DNA of 64,000 bases from a virus. The DNA is taken from the IMG/VR virus record IMGVR_UViG_3300032053_000042, positions 12,124 to 76,123 of that record. One strand, given 5' to 3'. Every line of letters begins with the position of its first letter. The stretch's first letter is position 1. Below the pieces are notes generated by a model. It searched no databases. It saw only the letters and a program-made list of their open reading frames with translations, and was not told the origin of the DNA. Below, piece by piece: positions 9,727-18,736 of this stretch. Position numbers and translations under genes: made by a program.

Positions 9727-10509
9727 CTAGACCAGCAGGACAGCATCGTCCGTCCGAGTAGCAGGTAGCTCGGTGCAGGGGCCGACTAGTGCTGTGTAGA
9801 TTTTGGCCATCGTTGGGTCCACTAGCGTAGAGCCGAGCTTGCCTTCCGGAGAACGGTCCTTAGCGGTAACGCCGTCGTATGATTGGACTTGTAGCCAGCG
9901 ACTAACTGTTGGTGCACGTCCTGGTACAAGAGAAGCTACGGACTTCGAGTTCAGATAGTAGACACCATCAAAATAGCGACCTGTACGGAATGACAGTTTT
10001 CCGGCCATATCAGGGTCGATGGACAACACTCGTCCAGTCTCACCATCAATCAGAGGCTGGTCGTTAGCTGTAGCGATAACGTGCACTGTGGCGTGGCCAT
10101 CGATATAACGGAGTAGTTTCAAGATGCGATCGTGTCCCGTCCTAAAGTCGTTCCGACTAGGAGTGTCCTCATGGTTGCCCTTAGCCTGCTGTACACGTAG
10201 TATAAGAGCGTGCAGCTCCGATAGAGAGTCGATGATCACTGTCTTAATCTTACCTGGACTAGCAATAACGTTCTGAAGCGCCACTAGGTCTGCCTCAGAC
10301 ACCCCTGTGCAGACTCGAACGCGTCCCGTTTCAATAAAGGTTTTGATAGAGAGCATTCCACGCTCCGTCGCGAACCAGTAAATGGGACAAAGCTCTTTCA
10401 CCAGTGCCGCTGTAGCCGCTAGGTAGGTCTTTCCTGAGCCAGAGCGGCCATACAGTAGGACCTTGAGTTTCCAGTCGGCGAACATTTTACTTGTGTCCAA
10501 CACAGGCAT
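9727..10509 (-). CDS. Sak4-like / AAA_24 ATPase (recombinase)
   Basis: LLYGRSGSGKT Walker A, VIIDSLSE Walker B, AKDR. Confidence 0.85.
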   Translation of the reverse strand: MPVLDTSKMFADWKLKVLLYGRSGSGKTYLAATAALVKELCPIYWFATERGMLSIKTFIETGRVRVCTGVSEADLVALQNVIASPGKIKTVIIDSLSELHALILRVQQAKGNHEDTPSRNDFRTGHDRILKLLRYIDGHATVHVIATANDQPLIDGETGRVLSIDPDMAGKLSFRTGRYFDGVYYLNSKSVASLVPGRAPTVSRWLQVQSYDGVTAKDRSPEGKLGSTLVDPTMAKIYTALVGPCTELPATRTDDAVLLV

Positions 10510-10578
10510 CTACTTCCTCCTTAGTGTACAACTATACGACTACGTGATCACAGCTACATAGCTTCCACGTCTCCTCTA

Positions 10579-11631
10579 TCATACGTCCTCCACTAGACAC
10601 TCTCGAGCTAGCTTGTCCTCATGCAGCGATAGGAACCTTGGGTGCCTGTATGCCCCGTCGCGTGTAATCTCCATTGCTGTAATCCTCATAACCTTACCCA
10701 CGAGAGCTTCAGCGGTCTTAGAGCTAAAGCTAGCTCGTACATCTTCCGTCATTCCACTACAGGTGCCAAGACGAACTAGTCGACCTGTACGGTTGTACTT
10801 CCCAAAAACGACCGCTCCAATCCATTGATTGTACCAGAGCTTTGTTACAGCATCACCGCCCTCCCAATACAACCAATTATTGGCGTCCTTACCAGTATAC
10901 TCTCTTGTAGGTGGCTCGAAGCCCATTATAACGACGTCGTCGTCGAACTCGGCTTTAACTTTAAGCCAGCACCAAGCGGGACGCTTCCCAGGATAGTATA
11001 AGCCACGACGACTCTTGAGCACAATACCTTCACGCCCCGCAGCTAGCTCCGCGTCAAGAAAAGCTCGCTTATCGGTCTTGACTACCTTGACGACATGAAC
11101 CAGCTCGGACTCAATGGTCCTAGTAATAGAATCTAGATAGGCCCGACGTCCTTCCCAGGGTACTCCTATCATCGACGCTCCCTCGATGGTACGTAGTATG
11201 TCGAAGACCATATAATGCAGCTGAGTCTTCTCCTGACGCCGAACTGCCTCGTCGGCCTCGCATCCTACAACACTTACTACATCCTGTGCCTTTCCGCCTA
11301 GAACAACGATCTCTCCATCGAGAATGAGCTTACCTAGGAACAGATGCAGCTTCATATCCTCGAGTGAGCCTGCGTAGAGCTCCTGGACAATAGGCCTTAG
11401 TTGTGCAGTCTTCTCAACAGGCCAGCCTGTGGGTTCTCCATCGACTACCTGTATGTGTGTCGAAAAGAACCTACCGTCGATATACAAGTAACGGCATCCA
11501 TCCCATTTGGTCTCCGCGATGTAGTCTGTACCATCCAGGGCCTCGTCTAGTTTAGTCATGTGGCCTGGATTGTCCTTATTAGGCTTACAAGGCTTCATTA
11601 CTTCTAGAACGCTCTTTAGCGGATATGTCAT
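10579..11631 (-). CDS. ATP-dependent DNA ligase
   Basis: ETKWDGCR, LDGEI, VFDIL, EGIVLK, WLKVK, RHPRF. Confidence 0.92.
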   Translation of the reverse strand: MTYPLKSVLEVMKPCKPNKDNPGHMTKLDEALDGTDYIAETKWDGCRYLYIDGRFFSTHIQVVDGEPTGWPVEKTAQLRPIVQELYAGSLEDMKLHLFLGKLILDGEIVVLGGKAQDVVSVVGCEADEAVRRQEKTQLHYMVFDILRTIEGASMIGVPWEGRRAYLDSITRTIESELVHVVKVVKTDKRAFLDAELAAGREGIVLKSRRGLYYPGKRPAWCWLKVKAEFDDDVVIMGFEPPTREYTGKDANNWLYWEGGDAVTKLWYNQWIGAVVFGKYNRTGRLVRLGTCSGMTEDVRASFSSKTAEALVGKVMRITAMEITRDGAYRHPRFLSLHEDKLARECLVEDV

Positions 11632-11653
11632 AGCCCTCCTTTCACTACCACTA

Positions 11654-12034
11654 CTAGTTAATCTCTCCTAGTGCACATCCGTCTTTGCCTAAACCAACCT
11701 CTTGAGCTGCAGCTGGCCATAGATCCACGTAGCCACTGATCCCGTTGGCTAGTCTATCTACCACAGTAACAGTCACCTCACGACGAGCCTGAATGTCGCC
11801 ATTGCACTCGTGCAGCACAGTGATGTGTAGGACGGTGCCTAGCGGAACGTCATTCGAGGCGGCTCCAAGATACTCGTAGTTCACTACTTCTGGTGCACCT
11901 ACTGGCGTTACCCTGTGCCAGCTCGCTGCGTGGCGTCTCCAGGTGAATTCGTCATCGATACCATAAGTTGTAACGGTCACAGGCACAGATGCAATATGTA
12001 GCGCCAACAGTAGCGCAATAAGACTTGAAGGCAT
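11654..12034 (-). CDS. Secreted RlpA/DPBB-like (lytic transglycosylase-like) protein
   Basis: hydrophobic N-terminus; TVVDR...VDLWPAAAQEVG resembles the DPBB motif. Confidence 0.55.
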   Translation of the reverse strand: MPSSLIALLLALHIASVPVTVTTYGIDDEFTWRRHAASWHRVTPVGAPEVVNYEYLGAASNDVPLGTVLHITVLHECNGDIQARREVTVTVVDRLANGISGYVDLWPAAAQEVGLGKDGCALGEIN

Positions 12035-13044
12035 TACGCATCTTCCTTGTAATACTCGCTCACGCTAAACTCTTCAAGCATATCGTTGTAAAGCTGCCCG
12101 CTGAATCGAGCTCGACATAGCTCCGTGAACTCGCATCCTGGACACGTTCGTAAGGCGTCTTGAGGGTATATAGCTGGCTTGTTAATGATCTCGCCCACGA
12201 TTGCTTCTAAGCTATGCTCGAAGATCTGTAGCTGCTCGTCCGAGTAAGTAATCAAGTAGCGCCGAAAGAAAAGGTCTTTCGGTAGAAGACTAACGAACTC
12301 GGCATAGTCATCTGGATCGAGTCCCTTAGCTCGTACCAGTGCTAGATAGGCCTCAGGAGTCGAACGAAGGTTGCGTCGCTTCGCCAGCTGGCCCGAAGCC
12401 AACACCTCAGGCTTCGTGGGCGGTACCTTGTACAAGAAGTTATACATGATCCCTTTGATGAAACCTACGTTTGCTAGAGCTGGATCTTTTCTCGCAGCCC
12501 ATACGTAAGCCTGACCCTGGTACGCCATCGCCACTAAAGGCTCAGCAGGTATTCGAGAGCTGGTCTTGTGCTCAAGTAGCCACAAATCCCCACGAAGGTC
12601 TTGGACAAGGCCGTCTGTCTGTCCGGCGAAATCGTACGTTGACCGAGTTACTTTTAGAGGCACCTCAGGCATAATCACGGTGAAGTGGTCGTGGCCCGGC
12701 GCCCAGAGGGCATAATGATTGAGAACATCCATCCCTAGCTGCGCAAATTCCTTTAGGTCCTCTGGGACGTAGCCTAGCTCCTCTTTGATATGTCCAAGGG
12801 ATCTTAGTACTTCTGAGGTGTAGGCACCTCGTAATGAAGCTGCTGCACGAGTACTCGAGCCTGCACCGTAGTAAGCAGCAAGTGCATAGTGTACCATTCT
12901 CCCGAGCCACATATGTTTGCTAGGCTTGGCCGGAGCTAGGCTCTGTCGTAGCGGAGAGGTAAAGTCCCACTTCGCACGACAATTTAGATATGTGGCCACG
13001 TCGGATATGTGAATGACTGGCCGCTCGGCGTCAGTTTGTGACAT
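12034..13044 (-). CDS. PD-(D/E)XK Cas4-like exonuclease
   Basis: ISDVATYLNC, GRMVHYAL, GQTDGL, LEHKT, QAYVWA, CPGCEFTELC. Confidence 0.85.
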   Translation of the reverse strand: MSQTDAERPVIHISDVATYLNCRAKWDFTSPLRQSLAPAKPSKHMWLGRMVHYALAAYYGAGSSTRAAASLRGAYTSEVLRSLGHIKEELGYVPEDLKEFAQLGMDVLNHYALWAPGHDHFTVIMPEVPLKVTRSTYDFAGQTDGLVQDLRGDLWLLEHKTSSRIPAEPLVAMAYQGQAYVWAARKDPALANVGFIKGIMYNFLYKVPPTKPEVLASGQLAKRRNLRSTPEAYLALVRAKGLDPDDYAEFVSLLPKDLFFRRYLITYSDEQLQIFEHSLEAIVGEIINKPAIYPQDALRTCPGCEFTELCRARFSGQLYNDMLEEFSVSEYYKEDA

Positions 13045-13474
13045 CTTGTACTCCCATAGGGAAGAGTGTCGATTGTATAATAACAATCTTGTCGTCACTA
13101 CCTGCTACATCCTCAAGCGATTTATGAAAGCTACGAGCCTGCAGTACGTCTTCTGGTACCACAGGGGCTGCATCAGCAAGGGCGATAAGCTCGTCTGCCA
13201 GCTGCCGTAGCTTCTCTACGTTCAGGTAGTACAGAACTCGCTTCGGTTCCACGTTGTGTTGGAAGACTAGACCTACGTCGATGAGCGTGCTCATGTGATG
13301 CCACAACCCTAACGATCTTGGTAGAAGGTCAGCCAGTTCTGTTGGCCGCCTAGGTCCATCAGTCAGAGCCAGCAAGATTCGCACTCTAGGATCGCTACCT
13401 AGAGCTGCAAAGCCCTTGATATCGATAACATCGCTAACAGTCTCTGTATCTGTGTCGAATACTTCGTCTGTCAT
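13031..13474 (-). CDS. ArsR-family winged-helix regulator
   Basis: ALGSDPRVRILLAL...TELAD...HHMSTLIDVGLV...YYLN. Confidence 0.75.
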   Translation of the reverse strand: MTDEVFDTDTETVSDVIDIKGFAALGSDPRVRILLALTDGPRRPTELADLLPRSLGLWHHMSTLIDVGLVFQHNVEPKRVLYYLNVEKLRQLADELIALADAAPVVPEDVLQARSFHKSLEDVAGSDDKIVIIQSTLFPMGVQDVTN

Positions 13475-13484
13475 TCTCTCCTCC

Positions 13485-13778
13485 TTATCGTTTCGCTCGT
13501 GTCGTTAGTAGCTGCATTGAGATCACCGCGTACCAGGCGTCGCTTGGGTCTAGTAGTTCGACTTCACCAGAGTCGCCTATGTACTCGATTGGAAGCCCTA
13601 GTTGTAGTCGTTCCTTAACAGATAATCCTGCGAGCCCTTCTGTGTCTTGCTGAACCTGTCGTATCTGTACCTGTATCTGAGGCACCTTGGGGCTCTGATG
13701 AAACCACCATTCTCGATTCCACCATACTACAGCTACGACCAGAATGAGAACGAGGAGGAGGCCTCCACAGACAGCCAT
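13485..13778 (-). CDS. hypothetical membrane-anchored protein
   Basis: start MAVCGG after AAGGAG; N-terminal hydrophobic helix. Confidence 0.55.
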   Translation of the reverse strand: MAVCGGLLLVLILVVAVVWWNREWWFHQSPKVPQIQVQIRQVQQDTEGLAGLSVKERLQLGLPIEYIGDSGEVELLDPSDAWYAVISMQLLTTRAKR

Positions 13779-14599
13779 TACTCCTTCACTCCGAAGGCTT
13801 GGCTCAACAGAGCCTCGATACCTATTTGGCCCTCGACAGTACTTCGTATTCGTGCTCCTCGTACTTCGTTCCACAGAATGAAGCTTGCTAGCTTGACCGG
13901 ATGTACATCGGCCTTCGCTGCCGCTCTCTTCAGAGCTACCTTAAAGTCTGCAGAAGTCTGCACTAACTTTCTCTGAGGCGCTTCGTAGCCATGAAGTCGC
14001 ATACAGTACCCCTCGAACGCTTTCCACAGTGGTGTACCTACTAGAACTGATAGGTCCACTATAGCCATCGCCTCAAGAGCTCGATAGATAGCCTCGTAGG
14101 CGTCACATTCCCTTCCATTACAAACTCGCTGTAGCTCTTCCATATACATCTTGTGGGCGAAGTCGAACACCCAAGTAAGAATAGGATGATCTCGAGCGCT
14201 TTCGTGTGCCATTGGTACTCGTAGTTCCAAGCCTGGAAAAAGCTCAGGTGCAGCTTGGAGTGTAGGTAAGTTCTCCTGAAGAATGAAGTTACCCACAGAG
14301 TCAGCTAGATTAGCGTTGTACATTGTAGTAGCAAGGCGTGTTAGTAGTCTTGCAGCTCTTGGAGAAATAATGATAGAACGTCGAGTGCCTCTGAGCCTAA
14401 GCTCGTCTTGGAGCCAAGCTAAGGCTTCATGTGCTCCTGCGTCTAATACTTGGTAGTGCTCAAGGATCAAATAATCGGCAATGACATCCATTGATACAGG
14501 CCAGCGCTTCTTAATAGTTCGCTGCGTCATCAAAAGTTCGGTACGTACGTCGTCTGCTAGTCTTAGAGTACCCACGATCCTCCTCCTCCTCTCGTTCAA
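13778..14599 (-). CDS. hypothetical protein
   Basis: 273-aa ORF co-directional with its neighbours; start uncertain. Confidence 0.6.
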   Translation of the reverse strand: MNERRRRIVGTLRLADDVRTELLMTQRTIKKRWPVSMDVIADYLILEHYQVLDAGAHEALAWLQDELRLRGTRRSIIISPRAARLLTRLATTMYNANLADSVGNFILQENLPTLQAAPELFPGLELRVPMAHESARDHPILTWVFDFAHKMYMEELQRVCNGRECDAYEAIYRALEAMAIVDLSVLVGTPLWKAFEGYCMRLHGYEAPQRKLVQTSADFKVALKRAAAKADVHPVKLASFILWNEVRGARIRSTVEGQIGIEALLSQAFGVKE

Positions 14600-14602
14600 G
14601 AT

Positions 14603-14700
14603 AGAGCGGTGTCGCGACTCGAACGCGATGTCAGACGCTGGGAGTCCGACCTAGGAACTAGCGGGGTCTAGTCCTAGTGCACGCCTTGCAAGCACCGCTC
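14603..14700 (-). tRNA. non-canonical tRNA-like RNA (8-bp acceptor/5-bp T stem, long variable arm, aberrant anticodon arm)
   Basis: GAGCGGTG/CACCGCTC acceptor, TCGCG-TTCGAGT-CGCGA T arm, 7-bp variable stem, 10-bp anticodon-position stem with a 6-nt loop; no encoded CCA. Confidence 0.65.
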
Positions 14701-14709
14701 GTACATCTG

Positions 14710-14934
14710 TTAGTGTTTCCGATTCCACATACACGACCAGGTCTTTGTGCGTCGGTCGTACTGTGGGCACGTCCGGATGGACCAGCATTCAGTAACCGTT
14801 ACAGGCGCGTCGTGTTCGGACTCTTGATAGCCTATGCCTAGATTGTAACGGTTGTAGTGGCAGCCTGGACACACCTTCTCCTTCATCATAGCGATGAAGG
14901 CCTTCGAGCCCTTTCGGATACGTGGTTTCTTCAT
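14710..14934 (-). CDS. small Cys-containing hypothetical protein
   Basis: ATGA-coupled to the upstream gene; CPGCH...C...C. Confidence 0.55.
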   Translation of the reverse strand: MKKPRIRKGSKAFIAMMKEKVCPGCHYNRYNLGIGYQESEHDAPVTVTECWSIRTCPQYDRRTKTWSCMWNRKH

Positions 14935-15299
14935 CCTCGAATGCCCTTAGCAATGATAGCCGGAAGGACGTTGTCGACGCGATTGTAGACCTCGCCATCA
15001 GAGCCCCTTGGCTTGACTAGGACGACCAACGTACATTGCTTCCCAAGTAGCTCGTCCGTGTCCAGCGTCTTAGGAAGGCCACCGAGAATAGCTTGGACCC
15101 AGCGACCTAATTTACTTTTCGACGAGAGTGTGGTACCTGTCCAAGCTCGTAGCTCCGTTCGTGTAGGGTTGTTAAGGACAAAGTCGAACTGCAGTTCTGG
15201 TCCATACTTTCCTTCTGTGGCAGTAACCGCGGTAACGGTTGCGGGATACTCGCCCATTGGTATAGACTCAAATACTCGTTGTTGTAGCTTGACTCCCAT
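14931..15299 (-). CDS. second DUF669-like OB-fold SSB-like protein
   Basis: IPMGEYPATVTAV...LLGKQCTLVV...YNRV parallels 9122-9637. Confidence 0.6.
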   Translation of the reverse strand: MGVKLQQRVFESIPMGEYPATVTAVTATEGKYGPELQFDFVLNNPTRTELRAWTGTTLSSKSKLGRWVQAILGGLPKTLDTDELLGKQCTLVVLVKPRGSDGEVYNRVDNVLPAIIAKGIRG

Positions 15300-15342
15300 G
15301 GCGTTGCCTCCTTCTTTTGAGTTTTGATGAGCTTGAGCTTCA

Positions 15343-15588
15343 TTACCAGTTCATCCTGCTGATTATCGCGCGAGACGCCCGTAGCTTTCTGTCTGCGGTC
15401 TCGACGCTCATAGTCTTGTACTGTGTACACGAGAATGAGCGTCTAACGCGCAATACGTCAACCATGTACTTACAGTAGCGTCCTGGCTTGTCCACGACAC
15501 CTCGCAGACGATGTACGCACTTCGCACACAGTTGCTGCTTGACGCTCTCGTACCACTTCGGCGTCTTCGGTTTAGCCTTGGCTTTCAT
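15343..15588 (-). CDS. small basic Cys-containing hypothetical protein
   Basis: GGAGGTGAGG RBS; CAKC...C...C. Confidence 0.55.
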   Translation of the reverse strand: MKAKAKPKTPKWYESVKQQLCAKCVHRLRGVVDKPGRYCKYMVDVLRVRRSFSCTQYKTMSVETADRKLRASRAIISRMNW

Positions 15589-15719
15589 ATCCTCACCTCC
15601 CTTCTATACTATTCGAACACGTTATCTCGAGCCAGCGATAAGCGTAACCACGACAGCGATCACGCATAGCAAAATGACTGTAAAGCCACCTATGTCGGCT
15701 ATTGTCGCTAGTAGGCGCA

Positions 15720-15932
15720 TTATATCCTCCGCACAGGCTGTTCGTCGTCAATGTACCCACCAGGTGCGCGATATCGACGCTGGAGCTCGTGAACGACTTC
15801 TGGCCACTCTCGCTCAATCTTTTCCAGGTTGTCCGTGTCGGCCCTTCGAATGAGAGCGAAGAGGAGCCCATAGAATGGAACATCCTTCGCCGCTAGTTCT
15901 TGCGAGACCGTGTAATCGTAGTGTGAAGCCAT
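15720..15932 (-). CDS. hypothetical protein
   Basis: start MASHY coupled to the upstream stop; ALIRRADTDNLEKI. Confidence 0.55.
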   Translation of the reverse strand: MASHYDYTVSQELAAKDVPFYGLLFALIRRADTDNLEKIEREWPEVVHELQRRYRAPGGYIDDEQPVRRI

Positions 15933-16162
15933 TACGCGTACGTCTCTTCGTCCGTGATAGGCTCTTGAGGAGCGTCTCCTGTTGAGCCCTCGCTCTCGCA
16001 CTTCGTGAGCCAGGCCTCGATTGACGATCGGCGGAAGCGCCAAGTCCGGCCCATCTTGATAGCTGGAAGCTTGCCGCTCTGTGCCCACACGTAGATGGTC
16101 GTGGGTTTCATTCCCAGCATTTCGGCGACCTCTTTAATGGTTAGTAGCTCCTTCTTTTCCAT
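15932..16162 (-). CDS. HTH_17 / excisionase-like DNA-binding protein
   Basis: LLTIKEVAEMLGMKPTTIYVWAQSGKLPAIKMGRTWRF. Confidence 0.88.
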   Translation of the reverse strand: MEKKELLTIKEVAEMLGMKPTTIYVWAQSGKLPAIKMGRTWRFRRSSIEAWLTKCESEGSTGDAPQEPITDEETYA

Positions 16163-16203
16163 TATCTCTTTCTCCTTTCTCTTGCTACTCGGTCTCGACA
16201 CAA

Positions 16204-16244
16204 CCGACGACTGTGGATTCGAACCACGGCGCCGTAGTCGTCGG
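16204..16244 (-). ncRNA. tRNA minihelix-like element (acceptor plus T arm only)
   Basis: CCGACGACT-ACGGCGCC-GTGG-TTCGAAT-CCAC-AGTCGTCGG: 9-bp and 4-bp stems around a canonical T loop, intergenic. Confidence 0.55.
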
Positions 16245-16252
16245 ATGCGCAG

Positions 16253-16573
16253 CTACTTCAGTGCTACTACCTGGTCGTTGACCACGATGGTCTGTGGCAT
16301 GACTACACCCAGGGACCTTTCGACTGCGGCGATCACACGTTCTTGTTGCTCGATAGCTGTCTCGAGCGCCTTGACCAAGGCGGCTTCAGGGCAATTACTA
16401 AGCAGCTTAGTCTGGCTGTTCGCGACCACAAGGTCCCACACATCCAACGCCGCCTTAGCTCGCTCCATAGCCGGATGCGTCTGCAGTTGAGCCTGTGCAC
16501 GTCCTAGTACGGCCTTCAGATTGGTCAGCATGATATCCGCGTCCTCACGTCTCTTTGCTAGATTCACACTCAT
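16253..16573 (-). CDS. hypothetical coiled-coil protein
   Basis: AAGGAGG RBS, start MSVNL. Confidence 0.6.
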   Translation of the reverse strand: MSVNLAKRREDADIMLTNLKAVLGRAQAQLQTHPAMERAKAALDVWDLVVANSQTKLLSNCPEAALVKALETAIEQQERVIAAVERSLGVVMPQTIVVNDQVVALK

Positions 16574-16898
16574 TATTGTTACCTCCTTTCGTAAGCTCGA
16601 TTTCCACGACAAGAGCGTCGATTGATAAGCCTGCGTCTCGAACTCGTTCCTCGAGTAGTGTCAGCTGAGGCACGAACTCGTACACTTCGAGAAGAGCCTT
16701 ACTAGCCTGTTGTAGAGTTGTAAGCAGAGCTGCGTTACGCACGCGAACAGCGTCTGCCTGTGCGTCTTTCCACAGAGTCTGGAACTGCTTTATCGCAGAA
16801 GGTATTCCTCCGTGCCTCCACGTGGCAGCTAGTCGACGCTGCCAGTAGTTCCTCAGGTCGTCCCCGACTAGCACAGGTGCAGGTGTATTAGTTGCCAT
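16545..16898 (-). CDS. hypothetical protein
   Basis: overlapping operon packing; GAGGAG RBS. Confidence 0.6.
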   Translation of the reverse strand: MATNTPAPVLVGDDLRNYWQRRLAATWRHGGIPSAIKQFQTLWKDAQADAVRVRNAALLTTLQQASKALLEVYEFVPQLTLLEERVRDAGLSIDALVVEIELTKGGNNNECESSKET

Positions 16899-17148
16899 CT
16901 GTGGACTCCTCGGTCTCTAGCTTCTCGGTCTCTGGCTCAGGCGTAGGCGTCGGCTCAGGCCTAGCCAGGTTCGTGGCTTCACGTACTTGCAAGCCTATGT
17001 TGTAGCCGTGTTGCCAAGCGTTATCCCAGGACTTGTAGAACTCGGCCATAGCCCGGACGATACTAGTGTTAAGCCACGCGTGTCGAGTAGCTTGCCAGTT
17101 AGCTTGTCGCTCAACTCTATCAGCTTGCGGTAGTTCGTGCTTCGGCAT
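16888..17148 (-). CDS. hypothetical protein
   Basis: AGGAGG RBS; PEPTPTPEP tail. Confidence 0.6.
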   Translation of the reverse strand: MPKHELPQADRVERQANWQATRHAWLNTSIVRAMAEFYKSWDNAWQHGYNIGLQVREATNLARPEPTPTPEPETEKLETEESTDGN

Positions 17149-17150
17149 AC

Positions 17151-17663
17151 TTAGCCTCCTTTCTCTTCGAGTGCTTGTACATACTCGTCGTAGATCTGCT
17201 TACCCACGTGCTTCTCAATGCCTGCGTGCTCCTCAATGTCCGTAGGACGGTGTGAGAGACTTTTCATTAGACGCTCTACTCGTGGAAATGGTACATTGGA
17301 ATCTGGAGCTAGAACTCCCTGTGTCTCTTCCATATCGAAATGCAGCTCGTTTCGCATTGCCGCCCGAATGAGTCCAGCATGGTACCGCATTCCAGAAACG
17401 TCAAGAGCCTCAAGGATATTGAGTATCATCTTGACAGTGTCCTTGAACGAGTAGGTGTTCATAGGCCACCAGCTGGACATCACCCGGAGATTGAAGTCGT
17501 TTAACCACAGGCAGATGTGATGGTGGGCCTTACGGATATCCGCCTTCGCTAGGTGGCTCACTTTCTTGTCTTCGATCATCCTAGCCAAGTAGTCGCGAGT
17601 CTGACGGAAGGCGTACATTAGTTGAGCCTGCTGTGGCTGAAGCTGAGGTTCTACTCCTAACAT
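17151..17663 (-). CDS. hypothetical protein
   Basis: GGAGGAGG RBS; operon packing. Confidence 0.6.
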   Translation of the reverse strand: MLGVEPQLQPQQAQLMYAFRQTRDYLARMIEDKKVSHLAKADIRKAHHHICLWLNDFNLRVMSSWWPMNTYSFKDTVKMILNILEALDVSGMRYHAGLIRAAMRNELHFDMEETQGVLAPDSNVPFPRVERLMKSLSHRPTDIEEHAGIEKHVGKQIYDEYVQALEEKGG

Positions 17664-18409
17664 GGATTCAATACCTCCTCCGCTCGCTTAGCCTGCTCTT
17701 CCATTAGAGCTCTTGCTGCAGCTACTAGAATCTCAGATGTACTCGCGAGTCGATACTCGACGACGTCCTGGTCGCCTACCGTACGGTTTATCTGGACGTA
17801 TAGCGTAGGCGTCCAAAGGAATGTGCCATCGCATCCATCAGGAACGATGTGGTCCATCCAGTCGTCGTCCTCGTTGTCGTCAGGATCTCGCATATCGTTA
17901 CATTCGGCTCCGTCTGCACAGTGTAGGCAGCCTTCGTCGCTAGGACAAGGCCATAGGAAACCTTCGTCGCCTGGGCGTTTGGGCTCGCTTGGTGCTAGCT
18001 CAAGTACAGGCCCAACGTAGGTCTGAGCCGCCCAGCCACCGGCGACACTGAACGCGTTACTGATAGCCTCTAAGGCGTCGTGGACTATCTTGTTAAGTTT
18101 GTCCCATATGTTAGGCTCTGGTACAAGCTCGTGTTGCTGGTCGTCCAGATTGCATTCACCAGCACCGTGGCACTTTGTACAGGCTGCGTCACAGGCCGCT
18201 TTGTCGTCCGTGAATTTCTGTAGCGCCACGATGTACTCATCTGGTAGGTTTGGTAGCGAAGCCTCAGGGTCTTCGTCTGGATGCTCCACAGGCTGTCTAG
18301 CTAGAGGGACATCATTGATGAGTTCTGTTAGAGCACACTCGCCTACGTCGTCACATTCGTCACAACTTCCGTCGCAGTCTTCTCGTTCTGGCTCTTGTTT
18401 TGCTGTCAT
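17657..18409 (-). CDS. acidic Cys-rich hypothetical protein
   Basis: three four-Cys clusters ending CxxCxxxxEC; GAGGAGG RBS. Confidence 0.65.
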   Translation of the reverse strand: MTAKQEPEREDCDGSCDECDDVGECALTELINDVPLARQPVEHPDEDPEASLPNLPDEYIVALQKFTDDKAACDAACTKCHGAGECNLDDQQHELVPEPNIWDKLNKIVHDALEAISNAFSVAGGWAAQTYVGPVLELAPSEPKRPGDEGFLWPCPSDEGCLHCADGAECNDMRDPDDNEDDDWMDHIVPDGCDGTFLWTPTLYVQINRTVGDQDVVEYRLASTSEILVAAARALMEEQAKRAEEVLNPC

Positions 18410-18455
18410 TGTCTTGCCTCCTCTCTTCTACTAGTACTATTACTATTACGACCAT

Positions 18456-18549
18456 TGCAGGCGTCGGGATTTGAACCCTTACTACATTATTTTAAGTCTT
18501 CTCCTCGCCGCTCGGCTTGAGGACTAGGAATATGCCTAGTGGACCTGCA
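18456..18549 (-). ncRNA. degenerate tRNA-like element
   Basis: TGCAGGT/GCCTGCA acceptor-like stem, GGG-TTCAAAT-CCC T arm, two internal hairpins; intergenic. Confidence 0.4.
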
Positions 18550-18580
18550 CGAAACCCGTCGTGCTCGCGCCTGCTCGTTA

Positions 18581-18736
18581 CTAATGAAACCGACCTATGG
18601 CCACTGCTAATCGAATGAAGGCGTAGAGGATAGCCACTACGCCAAGCGCTATAACCACGAACCACAGACATCCAACACAACTTACACAGCCTTCGTAAGG
18701 TCGTGGGTCGTCGCCACAGAGCTCAGGGTTAGTCAT
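18581..18736 (-). CDS. small membrane protein
   Basis: MTNPEL start coupled to the upstream stop; single hydrophobic helix. Confidence 0.5.
   Translation of the reverse strand: MTNPELCGDDPRPYEGCVSCVGCLWFVVIALGVVAILYAFIRLAVAIGRFH

Noticed and set aside
14603-14700. Functional tRNA-Sec or another decoding tRNA
   Set aside because: 8/5 geometry fits, but there is no UCA anticodon, the loop is 6 nt on an over-long stem and the D arm is short
15932-16162. Evidence for a temperate lifestyle from the excisionase-like gene
   Set aside because: No integrase, CI-type repressor or att site is visible in the window
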